A stretch of DNA of 58,929 bases, from NCBI GenBank assembly GCA_045655565.1, contig JAZOPN010000056.1, positions 1-58,929 of the forward strand, written 5' to 3'. This document shows positions 25,790 through 36,032 of this stretch, piece by piece. The position numbers and the translations under genes were made by a program. The notes beneath the pieces were generated by a model. That model did no database searches. It had not been told where the DNA came from and saw only the letters and a list, made by a program, of their open reading frames with translations. This stretch comes from Eubacteriales bacterium. Lineage in GTDB: Bacteria > Bacillota > Clostridia > Oscillospirales > CAG-272. Position 1 is the first letter of the stretch. Each line of letters begins with the position of its first letter.

Positions 25790-27310
25790 ATGAACAATAG
25801 AAGAAAGTTTTTCTTTAATGGCATATTGATGAGTATAGTCGGGATTGCCCTGCGTACCGTGGGACTGATATTTGGTGCGTATATTTCACGCACAGTCGGT
25901 GCTGAGGGCGTAGGTTTGAATACTCTTATCAGCACTATCTATTCATTCGCCCTAACCTTTGCCACCTCGGGCATCAGTCTCACCACAACACGCCTTGTGG
26001 CAGGGCATATAGGTGAGGGGAGTGAAGAAAGGATGGGAGCAACGCTGCGCGGTGCATTTGCTTATTCGCTGGCATTTAGTGGCACAGGCACGCTTCTGCT
26101 CGCTGTTCTATCCGGATTTCTTGCGACATCGGTTATATGCGATATTCGCGCGCTTTTTCCGTTGCAGATACTCTCACTCTCGCTTGTTCCATCGGCACTT
26201 TTGGGTGTTTTCTCGGGCTATTTTGTAGGCACAAAGCGCGTAGTCGCAAACGCTATAATCCAGGTGTTTGGTCAGGCATTTCGCATAATTTTGACTATCT
26301 ATCTCCTATCCACCCTTGTTACGGATGGCGTCGGGGAGGCGGTAGGTGCATTATGCATAGGCTCTACCATCACAGATTTTCTAATATTTATTGTTGCACT
26401 TGTGGTATTCTTGCTAGACCGCCATATTCATAAAAGCAAGAAGCCCGAGTCATCCGGCATCTCATTTCGCCCCGTTGCAGGAGTTGCGCTACCGCTCGCC
26501 ATCTCTGCCTATATTCGTTCGGCACTTCTTTCGCTCGAGCACGCCTTGATACCTCGCAGGCTTGAGGCACACGGAGAGGATAAGAGCACAGCCCTATCAT
26601 CATTCGGCACAATGCACGGCATGGCACTGTCTATGGTGCTATATCCGATGTCACCCCTATCCTCATTCTCGGGACTGCTTGTCCCCGAGTTTGCCGAGGC
26701 TGAGGCGGCAGGCGAGCGTGTGCGTGCCTCGCGCATAGCAAAAGAGGCAATATCCGCAACTCTCGCATACGCTATTATGACCGCAGTGATACTTCTTATC
26801 TTTTCAGAGGAGCTGGGTTATACAGTATATGCCTCTTATGAGGCCGGGCACTTCATATCAATCCTCGCCATGGTTGTTCCAATAATGTACCTTGATCACG
26901 TCGTCGACTCTATGCTAAAGGGCATAGGAGAGCAGGTGTATTCTATGTGGGTTAATATAGCCGACTCAACTCTGTCCGTCCTGCTCGTGGTAATTCTGTT
27001 GCCTATATACGGTATATCCGGTTATGCCATAGTTATAATAGTTATGGAACTGTTTAACTTCGCTATGTCCTACCTGCGCCTTAGACATAGGATGCCTATA
27101 ACGATAGACCTTTTCCGTGCAATAATAATCCCCGCTATCTCTGCCTTAGCAGCTGCGGTGCTTGTACGCACGCTTTTTGTAAGGCTCGGCACATCTGCCG
27201 GCGTCATGCCGCTTATTATGCAACTCGTTTTTTCTGTCTCGGTATTCATCGGAGCAAGAATTGTTCTATCTTCTTTGTATTCGACTTTCATAGAGAGGAG
27301 AAAGAGATGA
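25790..27310 (+). CDS. spoVB: Stage V sporulation protein B-like flippase (MOP superfamily)
   Basis: Polytopic; GAEGVGL, MALSMVLYP, LLVPEFAE, MYLDHVVDSMLKGIGEQ. Confidence 0.75.
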   Translation: MNNRRKFFFNGILMSIVGIALRTVGLIFGAYISRTVGAEGVGLNTLISTIYSFALTFATSGISLTTTRLVAGHIGEGSEERMGATLRGAFAYSLAFSGTGTLLLAVLSGFLATSVICDIRALFPLQILSLSLVPSALLGVFSGYFVGTKRVVANAIIQVFGQAFRIILTIYLLSTLVTDGVGEAVGALCIGSTITDFLIFIVALVVFLLDRHIHKSKKPESSGISFRPVAGVALPLAISAYIRSALLSLEHALIPRRLEAHGEDKSTALSSFGTMHGMALSMVLYPMSPLSSFSGLLVPEFAEAEAAGERVRASRIAKEAISATLAYAIMTAVILLIFSEELGYTVYASYEAGHFISILAMVVPIMYLDHVVDSMLKGIGEQVYSMWVNIADSTLSVLLVVILLPIYGISGYAIVIIVMELFNFAMSYLRLRHRMPITIDLFRAIIIPAISALAAAVLVRTLFVRLGTSAGVMPLIMQLVFSVSVFIGARIVLSSLYSTFIERRKR

Positions 27311-27336
27311 GATGCAGTCACCCACATCTCACCCCT

Positions 27337-28047
27337 TTACACTAACGCACTCGCCAGCATCATGATTATAAATCCGAGAATAAATACGACCGTTGCTCGC
27401 CTAGACCCCATTGACTGGCTCTCGGGTATCATATCACCGATTATTACCGCCAGCATTGTTCCTCCGGCGAAGCTAAGGACGAACGGAAGCACTGCAACAG
27501 ATATACTTACTGCGAAATACCCGATAAATGTACCGATTACCTCCGCAACACCACCCGCCAGCGCATATATAAATGTGCGCCATCTCGGCACACCTGCCCC
27601 AAGCATTGGCGTTATTACTATCATACCCTCGGGTAGGTTGTGGAGCGCAATTCCAATAACCACCCCCATAGCATCACCGCTCTCACCGCCAAAGGCTACT
27701 CCTGCTGCAATCCCCTCGGGGAGATTGTGTATTGCTATCGCAATGGCAAAGAGAATTGCTCCGACCTCACCATCCTGCTTTGATAGCGGGATATACCGCT
27801 CTACTATGTAGAGCACCAACACTCCGAGAATAACACCGAGGATAGCCAACGGTATTCTCTCGTCGGGGCTATCAGCATAGGAAGGTATTATCAGCCCGGA
27901 TATTGCCGCCATCAGCATAATGCCCGCACTAAGCGCGGTTATATAAGAGGAATACCTCTCGCATAGACCTCGGAGTAGGAAGCCTAGCACAGCACCCACC
28001 ACAGTCGCGCCACCTACGCCAAGCGCGGTCAGTAATATCATTTCCAT
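27337..28047 (-). CDS. ZIP family metal transporter
   Basis: Two HNLPEG motifs, FAGGTML, MIPES. Confidence 0.92.
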   Translation of the reverse strand: MEMILLTALGVGGATVVGAVLGFLLRGLCERYSSYITALSAGIMLMAAISGLIIPSYADSPDERIPLAILGVILGVLVLYIVERYIPLSKQDGEVGAILFAIAIAIHNLPEGIAAGVAFGGESGDAMGVVIGIALHNLPEGMIVITPMLGAGVPRWRTFIYALAGGVAEVIGTFIGYFAVSISVAVLPFVLSFAGGTMLAVIIGDMIPESQSMGSRRATVVFILGFIIMMLASALV

Positions 28048-28146
28048 TGTTTTGTAATTCCTCTCTTGCTAAACAGAAAGGACTGCCTAAGTGTTTTTAG
28101 ACAGTCCTTACTATATTATATGTAAAAGCAGGCGTGCGCGCGATGA

Positions 28147-29421
28147 TTAATCCTCATCATTTTCCTCATCATCTAACTCGGGCTTGATGGCGATATGTAG
28201 TTTTTCGAGCCTCCTGCCCTCAACCTCGACTACCTTTGCGCTAAGCCTTGCGGTCTCGAAGCTGTCGCCCTCCTCGGCAAGTCTGCCGAGAATGTACATA
28301 ACCCAACCATTGACGGTGAGCGCGTCCATCTCCTCATCTACCTCAAGCTCGATGTCCAACTCGTCGAGTATCTTGTCAAGGTTCGCGTTACCCGATACTA
28401 TGTACTCATAATCGGAAATCTTCTCGATTTCCTGCACAATCTCGTCGTGCTCATCCCATATCTCGCCTACTATCTCCTCGATGATGTCCTCGAGAGTTAC
28501 GATGCCTGCGGTAGAACCATACTCGTCTATTACAACAGCCATATGCATCTGCTTTTTCTGTAATTCGCGCAATAGGTCGGAAATCTTCTGTGTCTTCGGC
28601 ACATATATAACAGGCTTAATAATCTCGGAAAGAGAGGCGTTTTCCCTAAATGTTAGTGCGTAGAAGTCCTTGTAGTATATAAGACCCGTGATGTTGTCGA
28701 TATCACCCTCATATACAGGAATACGAGAGTAGCCCGTCTCAGAGAACACCTCGTACATATCGTCACGCGATACAGTATTAGCAACTGCGGTAATATCGAT
28801 ACGAGGTGTGAATATCTCGCTGACCTCAAGCTCGTTGAACTCGATAGCACTCTTAATCAGCGTGCCCTCATCCTCATCAATACCACCGTCCTCCTCGGCC
28901 TCCTCGATTATCGAGATTAGCTCATCCTCGGTCATACCCTTGTCATCGTTATTCTTGAAGATTTTGCCGAGAAGCCTTTGTAGCCCGCGGAATATGATGC
29001 TGATAGGGTATAATAAATATCTAAGTAAATTGATTATCGGAGCAGAGAACATAGAGAACTTCTCGGGGAACTGCTTAGCAAGCGACTTCGGCACAATCTC
29101 GCCAAAGGTGAGTACAACCAGCGTCATAATAACAGTGGAAAGTGTGGTGCTCAAGCCCGGGTCGTTGATGATAATAATACCGAATACCACCGTCGCCAGA
29201 GATGACGCGAGAATATTAACTATGTTATTACCTATTAAAATTGTGGATATCAGTGTGTCATAATCGTCGGATAGCTTAATTACGAGGGCTGCGCGCTTGT
29301 TGCCATCCTCTGCGGCATTTTTCATTCTAATCCTGTTGAAGGTGGAGAATGCCGTCTCGGTAGCGGAGAAGTACGCAGACATAATCACGCAAAAGACGAT
29401 AATGATAAGCATAATTTCCAT
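28147..29421 (-). CDS. HlyC/CorC (CNNM-CBS-CorC) family transporter
   Basis: FSATETA, ILIGNNIVN, FGEIVPKSLA, YSRIPVY, DEYGSTAGIVTLEDIIEEIVGEIWDEHD. Confidence 0.93.
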   Translation of the reverse strand: MEIMLIIIVFCVIMSAYFSATETAFSTFNRIRMKNAAEDGNKRAALVIKLSDDYDTLISTILIGNNIVNILASSLATVVFGIIIINDPGLSTTLSTVIMTLVVLTFGEIVPKSLAKQFPEKFSMFSAPIINLLRYLLYPISIIFRGLQRLLGKIFKNNDDKGMTEDELISIIEEAEEDGGIDEDEGTLIKSAIEFNELEVSEIFTPRIDITAVANTVSRDDMYEVFSETGYSRIPVYEGDIDNITGLIYYKDFYALTFRENASLSEIIKPVIYVPKTQKISDLLRELQKKQMHMAVVIDEYGSTAGIVTLEDIIEEIVGEIWDEHDEIVQEIEKISDYEYIVSGNANLDKILDELDIELEVDEEMDALTVNGWVMYILGRLAEEGDSFETARLSAKVVEVEGRRLEKLHIAIKPELDDEENDED

Positions 29422-29545
29422 ATTTGTTTTTTTGTTTTTCTTGGTTTTCCTGCTTTCTCAGGAAACTTAAAGCCTTTCTTTCTTTTTTAAAATTTTTTCA
29501 CTATGTGAAAATTGATTATTGTTTGTGATTTTAGGTTCTGACAGC

Positions 29546-29590
29546 AAAAAAAGGCGTAGCCATACCGAAAAACCGATGTGGCTATGCCTA
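29546..29590 (-). terminator. Intrinsic terminator inside the corC leader
   Basis: Minus strand AGGCATAGCCA..TGGCTACGCC followed by T7. Confidence 0.75.
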
Positions 29591-29592
29591 TT

Positions 29593-29643
29593 TTATATCA
29601 TAAAATAATTATCGTGACAAGTGTCCCCGTCGCCGTCGTCCAT
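29593..29643 (-). CDS. Putative 16-aa leader peptide MDDGDGDTCHDNYFMI
   Basis: GGAGG RBS 5 nt before the ATG; stop codon abuts the terminator hairpin; below the ORF-track size cutoff. Confidence 0.6.
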   Translation of the reverse strand: MDDGDGDTCHDNYFMI

Positions 29644-29696
29644 TATATCCTCCAAAAAGCTGCACCATTCTAAAGTAACGGTGTCATACGCTAAGT

Positions 29697-29725
29697 ATTG
29701 TAGCATACTAATTGTGTTTTGTCAA
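29697..29725 (-). promoter_or_regulatory. Sigma-A promoter for the corC leader
   Basis: TTGACA, 17 nt spacer, TG-C-TACAAT (extended -10). Confidence 0.75.
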
Positions 29726-29908
29726 GACATTTAGCATTTTTAACTCCGAAAACGCGCTCTACTATAATTTAGATGTCGAAAATAAATTTTTAAGGAGATT
29801 TATTTACCGTTAAATCTATCTATGTATCCGTTTTATCCATTGACTTTTAATTCTAATAGTAGTATATTATTCATTATAGGAAATTATTACAAACAAAAAA
29901 GGGGTAAT

Positions 29909-30391
29909 ATGGAATTCCGTTCTTGTTCATTTACAGGTCACAGAAAAATTGAGCCAAACCATAGAAAAATCAAAGAGCGAATTGATGCTGGTATAGCCTA
30001 TGTTTATGAGCGTGGCTGTCGTGACTTTTATGTCGGTGGTGCTATCGGCTTTGATACCATAGTGGCACAGGAGTTGCTACTATTTCGTATGTCGCACCCG
30101 GATATCACATTTAACCTTGTCCTGCCCTGCCGTAATCAGACAGAGGCGTGGAGTGATAGACAGCGCGAAATGTATGACTACCTACTTTCTCACGCTGACA
30201 CCATCGAATATATAGCCGATGAATATTACGACGGTTGTATGCGCGAGCGAAATGCCTGCCTCGTTAGAAGATGCGATGTCCTTATTGCGTATGTAGGCCA
30301 CGGAAGAAGCGGTGCCTCCCAAACTATGAAGATGGCAGAACGCGCCGGCAAAACAATCTATAATATATATAACTCGTGCGATAATATATAA
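29909..30391 (+). CDS. YpsA/DUF1273 SLOG family protein
   Basis: SFTGHR, GGAIGFD, CMRERN, SGASQT. Confidence 0.85.
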   Translation: MEFRSCSFTGHRKIEPNHRKIKERIDAGIAYVYERGCRDFYVGGAIGFDTIVAQELLLFRMSHPDITFNLVLPCRNQTEAWSDRQREMYDYLLSHADTIEYIADEYYDGCMRERNACLVRRCDVLIAYVGHGRSGASQTMKMAERAGKTIYNIYNSCDNI

Positions 30392-30706
30392 TATATGCGT
30401 GTGATATTGATATAATGTAGAAAACTCGTTTCAGCACCGTAATATAGACAATTACCGGGAATAGAGCATATTTCTTTATTAATATTTTGGGGCGGATTTT
30501 TTACCGCCCTTTTCTATTACGGCAAACTTAAGCACATAAGGATAAAACTCAAAGAAATTCGAATATGTATAAAAAATATGTCCCTTAAATATAATTTACT
30601 ATAAAATTTTTTGTCCTACTAAAGTAGGACATGTCGAAAAATTCATAAATAAAGATAGCCGCCAAAAACTTTTTTGAAAATTCTTTAACTTTTTTTGAAA
30701 AACCTA

Positions 30707-30782
30707 TTGACAAAGCATTTTAGGTGGTGTATAATGGTGTCACTTCAGTAAGTTAAAGTGTTAAAGCGTTAACACGATAAAG
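30707..30782 (+). promoter_or_regulatory. Consensus sigma-A promoter and downstream 8-bp tandem operator-like repeats
   Basis: TTGACA-17-TATAAT (30707-30735); ttaaagtg ttaaagcg ttaacacg ataaag (30753-30782). Confidence 0.7.
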
Positions 30783-30801
30783 AAAGGTTAGGAAAACTAA
30801 A

Positions 30802-31602
30802 ATGAAAAAAATCGTATCACTTCTTCTTGTTGCTGTTCTTGCAGCATTCTCAATCTTTGCGTTTGCATCTTGTGCTCCCAAAGAAAAGCTTACCTGTGGA
30901 GTTACCATATTCCCCGGTATGAACGAGCAGGATGAAAATGGAAACTGGATCGGATTTGAGTCCGAATTTGCTATGGCTGTTGCTGAGAAGCTTGGTATGG
31001 AGGCCGAGTTCCAGATTATTGAATGGTCCCAGAAGTACAACGAAGTTAACTCCGGCGCAATTGATTGCATTTGGAACGGCTTCACCGCTAACTCTTATGA
31101 CGATGGACAGAAGAGGTCTGACCTCGTAGATTTCTCTTACGGCTATATGCTTAACCAGCAGTGTGTAGTAGTAAAGGCAGAGAACGAGGCACAGTACACC
31201 TCTGAGGCTTCTCTTGCAGGTAAGTCGGCTTGTGCAGAGGCAGGTAGCGCAGGTGAGTCCTACGCACAGTCCGTTAATGCATCCGAGGTTATCGGTGCTA
31301 CCGCACAGATTGATGCTTTCAGAGAGGTTGACTCCGGCGCAGTTGATTTCATCGTTGTCGATGTTGTTCTTGCTAAGAATATGCTTGAGAGCGAGGGTAG
31401 CCAGTACACCGGTCTTTCCATCGTAGATGCTATTGAGCTTGAGTCTGAGATCTATGCAATTGGATTTAAGAAGGGTAGCGAGCTTACCGCTAAGGTTAAT
31501 GCAGCTATCAAGGAGCTTGAAGAGGATGGTACTCTTGAGACACTCGCTAAGAAGTACGGCTTCGAGAACGTGCTTCAGATTACCGAGAACATCGAGTATT
31601 AA
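30802..31602 (+). CDS. Polar amino-acid ABC transporter substrate-binding lipoprotein
   Basis: Lipobox FASC, GFESE, IDCIWNGFT, YAIGFKKG. Confidence 0.92.
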   Translation: MKKIVSLLLVAVLAAFSIFAFASCAPKEKLTCGVTIFPGMNEQDENGNWIGFESEFAMAVAEKLGMEAEFQIIEWSQKYNEVNSGAIDCIWNGFTANSYDDGQKRSDLVDFSYGYMLNQQCVVVKAENEAQYTSEASLAGKSACAEAGSAGESYAQSVNASEVIGATAQIDAFREVDSGAVDFIVVDVVLAKNMLESEGSQYTGLSIVDAIELESEIYAIGFKKGSELTAKVNAAIKELEEDGTLETLAKKYGFENVLQITENIEY

Positions 31603-31625
31603 TAAGATAAACAAAGGAATTGAAT

Positions 31626-32270
31626 ATGGGGTTTTGGAAAGTTACGCTTGCCTTAATGGGCGGACTTTGGAACACCTGCCAGATATTTGCGCTAACACTA
31701 GTGTTAGCGCTTCCTTTGGGTTTGGTGATATCCTTCGGTTCTATGTCGAAATTTAAGCCACTGTCGCTAGTGGTAAAAACATTTGTTTGGATAATAAGAG
31801 GCGTGCCTCTTATGCTACAGGTTATTATAGTATTCTATGTTCCGGGTATGTTGTTAGGAAAGCCTTTGGTTTCTAGGTTCCTCTCGGTAATTCTCGCATT
31901 TGTAATAAACTATGCTTGCTATTTTTCTGAGATATTCCGTGGTGGTATAGAGGGAATACCTCAGGGACAGTATGAAGCGGGGAAAGTGCTAGGTATGACT
32001 AAGACGGAGGTGTTCTTCAAGGTCGTGTTGATGCAGGTAGTTAAGAGGATTCTTGCTCCTATTTCTAACGAAGTTATAACTCTTGTCAAGGATACTGCTC
32101 TCGCCAGAGTAATTATGGTAGTCGAAATAATAAAAGCGGCAGAGAATTTTGCTGCGCGCGGTCTTATGTGGCCACTGTTCTACACTGCAGTATTTTATCT
32201 AATATTTGTCGGTATTCTCACCCTGGTGTTCGGCTATTTTGAGAAAAAGCTTAGCTATTATAAGGCATAA
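31626..32270 (+). CDS. Amino-acid ABC transporter permease
   Basis: RGVPLMLQ, YFSEIFRGGI, GQYEAG, LVKDTAL. Confidence 0.93.
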   Translation: MGFWKVTLALMGGLWNTCQIFALTLVLALPLGLVISFGSMSKFKPLSLVVKTFVWIIRGVPLMLQVIIVFYVPGMLLGKPLVSRFLSVILAFVINYACYFSEIFRGGIEGIPQGQYEAGKVLGMTKTEVFFKVVLMQVVKRILAPISNEVITLVKDTALARVIMVVEIIKAAENFAARGLMWPLFYTAVFYLIFVGILTLVFGYFEKKLSYYKA

Positions 32271-32282
32271 GCGGAGGGTACT

Positions 32283-33083
32283 ATGGTAGTTTTAGAAGTA
32301 AAAAACATTTGTAAATCCTTCGGTGACACCGAGGTTTTGAAGGGCGTTTCCTTTACCCTCGATGCCGGTGAGGTTCTGTCTATTATCGGCTCTTCGGGTG
32401 GTGGTAAGACAACGCTTTTACGCTGTCTAAACTTCCTTGAGCTGCCCGATGCGGGCGAAATTTGGGTTGCCGGTGAGAGAGTATTTTATGTAGATGAAGA
32501 AACGGGTAAGCCTGTTGTAGCACCCAATGTCCAGGAGAGAATGGGACTTGTATTCCAGCAGTTTAACCTATTCCCGCAGTATAGTGTAAAGGAAAACCTT
32601 ACCCTCGCGCCCATCCTACACGCAAAGAGACAGGATAAAAAGAGCTTTAAGGAAAATAAGCGTGAGATATTAGCCAAGATAGGTGATAGGGCGGATGATA
32701 TGCTTTCTATGGTTGGTCTATCCGAGAAGGCGGATAGTTACCCCTGCTTCCTCTCCGGCGGTCAGCAGCAGCGTGTTGCAATAGCACGCGCGCTTATGCT
32801 ATCCCCTGAGGTTCTATGCTTCGATGAGCCGACCTCATCTCTTGACCCCGAGCTTACCGACGAGGTGCTCTCGGTTATCAAGAACCTAAAGTCTAGCGAG
32901 CGTGCTATGATAGTTGTTACTCACGAGCTTGATTTTGCGCGTGGTGTATCAGATAAGGTTATCTTTATGGCGGGTGGCGTTATCGCCGAGATGGGCACTC
33001 CCGATCAGGTGCTCTTGCACCCCGAGACCGAAGCTGCGCAAGCATTCCTCAAGATAGGTGCTGACACATCCGAAGATAATTAA
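32283..33083 (+). CDS. Amino-acid ABC transporter ATP-binding protein
   Basis: GSSGGGKT, LSGGQQQRVAIARAL, FDEPTSSLDP, VTHE. Confidence 0.95.
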   Translation: MVVLEVKNICKSFGDTEVLKGVSFTLDAGEVLSIIGSSGGGKTTLLRCLNFLELPDAGEIWVAGERVFYVDEETGKPVVAPNVQERMGLVFQQFNLFPQYSVKENLTLAPILHAKRQDKKSFKENKREILAKIGDRADDMLSMVGLSEKADSYPCFLSGGQQQRVAIARALMLSPEVLCFDEPTSSLDPELTDEVLSVIKNLKSSERAMIVVTHELDFARGVSDKVIFMAGGVIAEMGTPDQVLLHPETEAAQAFLKIGADTSEDN

Positions 33084-33362
33084 ATCGCAATAAAATACAA
33101 AGAACAACACAGGAAATTAACGCCTAAAACTGTAAAGTATTATTTACAAAAATAGGCGTTTTTCTTATTTGCGAAAATGTTAAATTGTGGCAAAAAAATT
33201 CTAAAAATCTCGCATTTCCTTGATACTTTTACAACGCAATATTTTTTCTTTTGCCATCGCAACACTTGACAAGCAGTCAAATGTGTGCTAGAATAAAGAA
33301 AAATGGTGATTTCATCAACCCAAATAATTTCTGAGAGGAGGTTTCTTCGACAGGTGGACATT

Positions 33363-34070
33363 ATGACTTTGTTTTATTCAATAATAAATGCCGGCTTTTC
33401 CTTTGAGGAACTAATTTCTATCATATCCACATTCGTCCTCGGCATTTTTGCTGATCCGAATGTTGTGGCTATTCGCGATATGATATATCAGACGCTTGTT
33501 CCCGTTATGACATATGTACCATTCGTATTTCTTGCGATATACATAATTATGGCGATCTTTGGTAAGAAGCTATTTTCGGTTATCCGCTTTGTACTGTTCT
33601 TTGCCGCAGGCTTCCTACTCGGTGTGCATCTTCTTTCGCCCATCATTCTTCAGGTTATGGACTTTATTCCGCCGCTTGTTATCGGCATAGTTGTCGGCGT
33701 TGTGGCGTCCGTCCTTTCTAAGTTCCTATACTACATTGTCTTTGCTGTGGCGGTTGGATATACTATGTATGTTCTTTCGTTTAAGACGATACCCGATAAT
33801 TTTATGACGCCCGAGGGCGGTAAGTATTGGGTTGCACTTGCAATCGCCGTGGTGGTCGTTATTATTGCATTCCTGCTTCGCAAGTTCATCGAGATGCTCG
33901 GTACATCTCTTCTTGCAGGTTGGGGTATTGCCGAGACTATTCGCGTGTGGTGGGACTTCACTGACCTCGAGATATTTGGTGGGGTAGAGTGGATTGGTGT
34001 TGTCGGTTTAATTGTAATCGTCGGCATTCTCGGATTTGTCATTCAGTTCAAGACAAGAGAGCGTTACTAA
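33363..34070 (+). CDS. Hypothetical polytopic membrane protein
   Basis: About 7 hydrophobic segments; no recognised motif. Confidence 0.7.
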   Translation: MTLFYSIINAGFSFEELISIISTFVLGIFADPNVVAIRDMIYQTLVPVMTYVPFVFLAIYIIMAIFGKKLFSVIRFVLFFAAGFLLGVHLLSPIILQVMDFIPPLVIGIVVGVVASVLSKFLYYIVFAVAVGYTMYVLSFKTIPDNFMTPEGGKYWVALAIAVVVVIIAFLLRKFIEMLGTSLLAGWGIAETIRVWWDFTDLEIFGGVEWIGVVGLIVIVGILGFVIQFKTRERY

Positions 34071-34207
34071 TACCATATTCTGCGGTGCTTTTTTGGCACC
34101 GCAGTTTTTTTGATAAAAAATTTCGTAATAGAAAATCTGTCTTGACATTTACATAAATATATTGTAAAATATAAATAAAAAATGCGCGTGTCGCGCGCGG
34201 AGGTGCC

Positions 34208-35047
34208 ATGGAAGAATCAAGAGTCTTAGAACTAAAGCGACTAGCCAACAACATTCGTATCAGTATCATCGAGGGCGTGTATAATGCCAAGTGCGGTCAT
34301 CCGGGTGGCTCTCTATCTATCACAGATATACTTACATATCTGTACTTTGAGGAGATGCGGGTCAGGACAGATGATACCGCTTGGGATGATAGAGACCGCT
34401 TTGTCCTGTCTAAGGGACATACTGCTCCCGCACTTTATGCCACGCTTGCTGAGCGTGGGTTCTTCTCTAAGGAGGAGATTAAGACCCTGCGTAAGACCAA
34501 CTCTCGTCTTCAGGGGCACCCCGATATGAAGTCGGTGCCCGGCGTTGATATGTCGACAGGCTCGCTCGGTCTTGGCTTTTCTGCTGCCTGTGGCATGGCT
34601 CTTTCCGGCAAGGTAAATGGGAAGGACTATCGAGTTTACTGTGTTATCGGTGATGGCGAGAGCGAGGAGGGACAGGTTTGGGAGGCTGCTATGTTTGCCT
34701 CGCACTACAAGCTTGATAACCTAGTCTGTATTCTTGACCTCAACGGATTGCAGATAGACGGCCCGATAACCGAGGTTATGAACCCGACACCCCACGATGA
34801 GAAGTTCCGCGCATTCGGCTGGCACGTCATCACTATAGATGCTCATAATTTCCATGATATTGAGACTGCATTCCGTGAGGCTAGAGCCACTAAGGGACAG
34901 CCAACGGTGATTATTGCAAAGTCGATTAAGGGTAAGGGCGTATCATATATGGAGGGCGCGTGCGAGTGGCACGGTCAGGCACCTAAAGAAGATTTGTATA
35001 AGGTTGCGATTGACGACCTTATGAAGATTAGTGAAGAGCTTAAGTGA
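34208..35047 (+). CDS. Transketolase, N-terminal subunit
   Basis: GHPGGSLS, DRFVLSKGH, LQGHP, STGSLG, GDGE TPP motif. Confidence 0.95.
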   Translation: MEESRVLELKRLANNIRISIIEGVYNAKCGHPGGSLSITDILTYLYFEEMRVRTDDTAWDDRDRFVLSKGHTAPALYATLAERGFFSKEEIKTLRKTNSRLQGHPDMKSVPGVDMSTGSLGLGFSAACGMALSGKVNGKDYRVYCVIGDGESEEGQVWEAAMFASHYKLDNLVCILDLNGLQIDGPITEVMNPTPHDEKFRAFGWHVITIDAHNFHDIETAFREARATKGQPTVIIAKSIKGKGVSYMEGACEWHGQAPKEDLYKVAIDDLMKISEELK

Positions 35048-35057
35048 GGTGAGTGTG

Positions 35058-36005
35058 ATGACTGATAAGAAAGCAACTAGAGAGAGCTACGGTGCAGCAC
35101 TCGTGGCTCTTGCAGAAAAATATGATTTCCTTGTTTTTGATGCCGATCTTGCAGCGGCAACCAAGACAGGCACGTTCAAAAAGAAGTATCCGGAGCGTTT
35201 CTTTGATTGCGGTATAGCAGAAGGTAATATGATGTGTGTTGCTGCCGGTGTCGCATCGACAGGCACACCTGTATTCGCTTCCTCGTTCGCTATGTTTGCA
35301 TCGGGAAGAGCCTTTGAGCAGGTGCGCAACTGTATTGGTTACCCCAGACTAAATGTTAAGATTGGTGCAACCCACGCGGGTATCACAGTCGGTGAGGATG
35401 GCGCGACACATCAGTGCAATGAGGATATGGCGCTTATGCGTACTATTCCCGGTATGACGGTTATCTGTCCTGCCGATGATACCGAGGCATACGCGGCAAC
35501 CGAGGCTGCGCTTAATATAAACGGCCCCGTATATCTTAGATTTGGCAGATACGCCGTTCCGAGCATTATGACTGAGAATATTCCTGATTATAAGTTCGAG
35601 GTTGGTCGTGGCGTTGAATTTAACCGTGGCACAGATGTGACTATTATCGCGACAGGCTATATGGTGCACCTCGCACTTGAGGCAAGGCAGACTCTTGCTG
35701 AAGAGGGCATCTCAGCAGGTGTCGTGAATATACATACTGTAAAGCCGATTGATAAGGAGCTTATCGAGCTCGTTGCCAGAGAGACGGGAGCTATCGTCAC
35801 CGCAGAGGAGCACACCGTTATCGGCGGTCTTGGCTCGGCAGTCGCAGATGTTGTTTCATCCACTTACCCTGTTCCTGTTGTCAAAGTTGGTGTTGAGGAC
35901 TGCTTTGGTAGAAGTGGTCAGGTCCCGGAGCTGCTTGAGATGTACGGTTTGACCGCAGATAATATTGTAAGTGCTGCGCGTCGCGCAATTTCGCTTAAAA
36001 GATAA
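35058..36005 (+). CDS. Transketolase, C-terminal subunit
   Basis: GIAEGNM, RAFEQVRN, GEDGATHQ, GPVYLR, EEH..GGLG. Confidence 0.95.
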   Translation: MTDKKATRESYGAALVALAEKYDFLVFDADLAAATKTGTFKKKYPERFFDCGIAEGNMMCVAAGVASTGTPVFASSFAMFASGRAFEQVRNCIGYPRLNVKIGATHAGITVGEDGATHQCNEDMALMRTIPGMTVICPADDTEAYAATEAALNINGPVYLRFGRYAVPSIMTENIPDYKFEVGRGVEFNRGTDVTIIATGYMVHLALEARQTLAEEGISAGVVNIHTVKPIDKELIELVARETGAIVTAEEHTVIGGLGSAVADVVSSTYPVPVVKVGVEDCFGRSGQVPELLEMYGLTADNIVSAARRAISLKR

Positions 36006-36032
36006 TAGCAATCCTAGTGTTGGGGGTATTAT

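Noticed and set aside
29421-29725. M-box or yybP-ykoY riboswitch upstream of corC
   Set aside because: The conserved aptamer motifs are not recognisable; a uORF plus terminator explains the region better.
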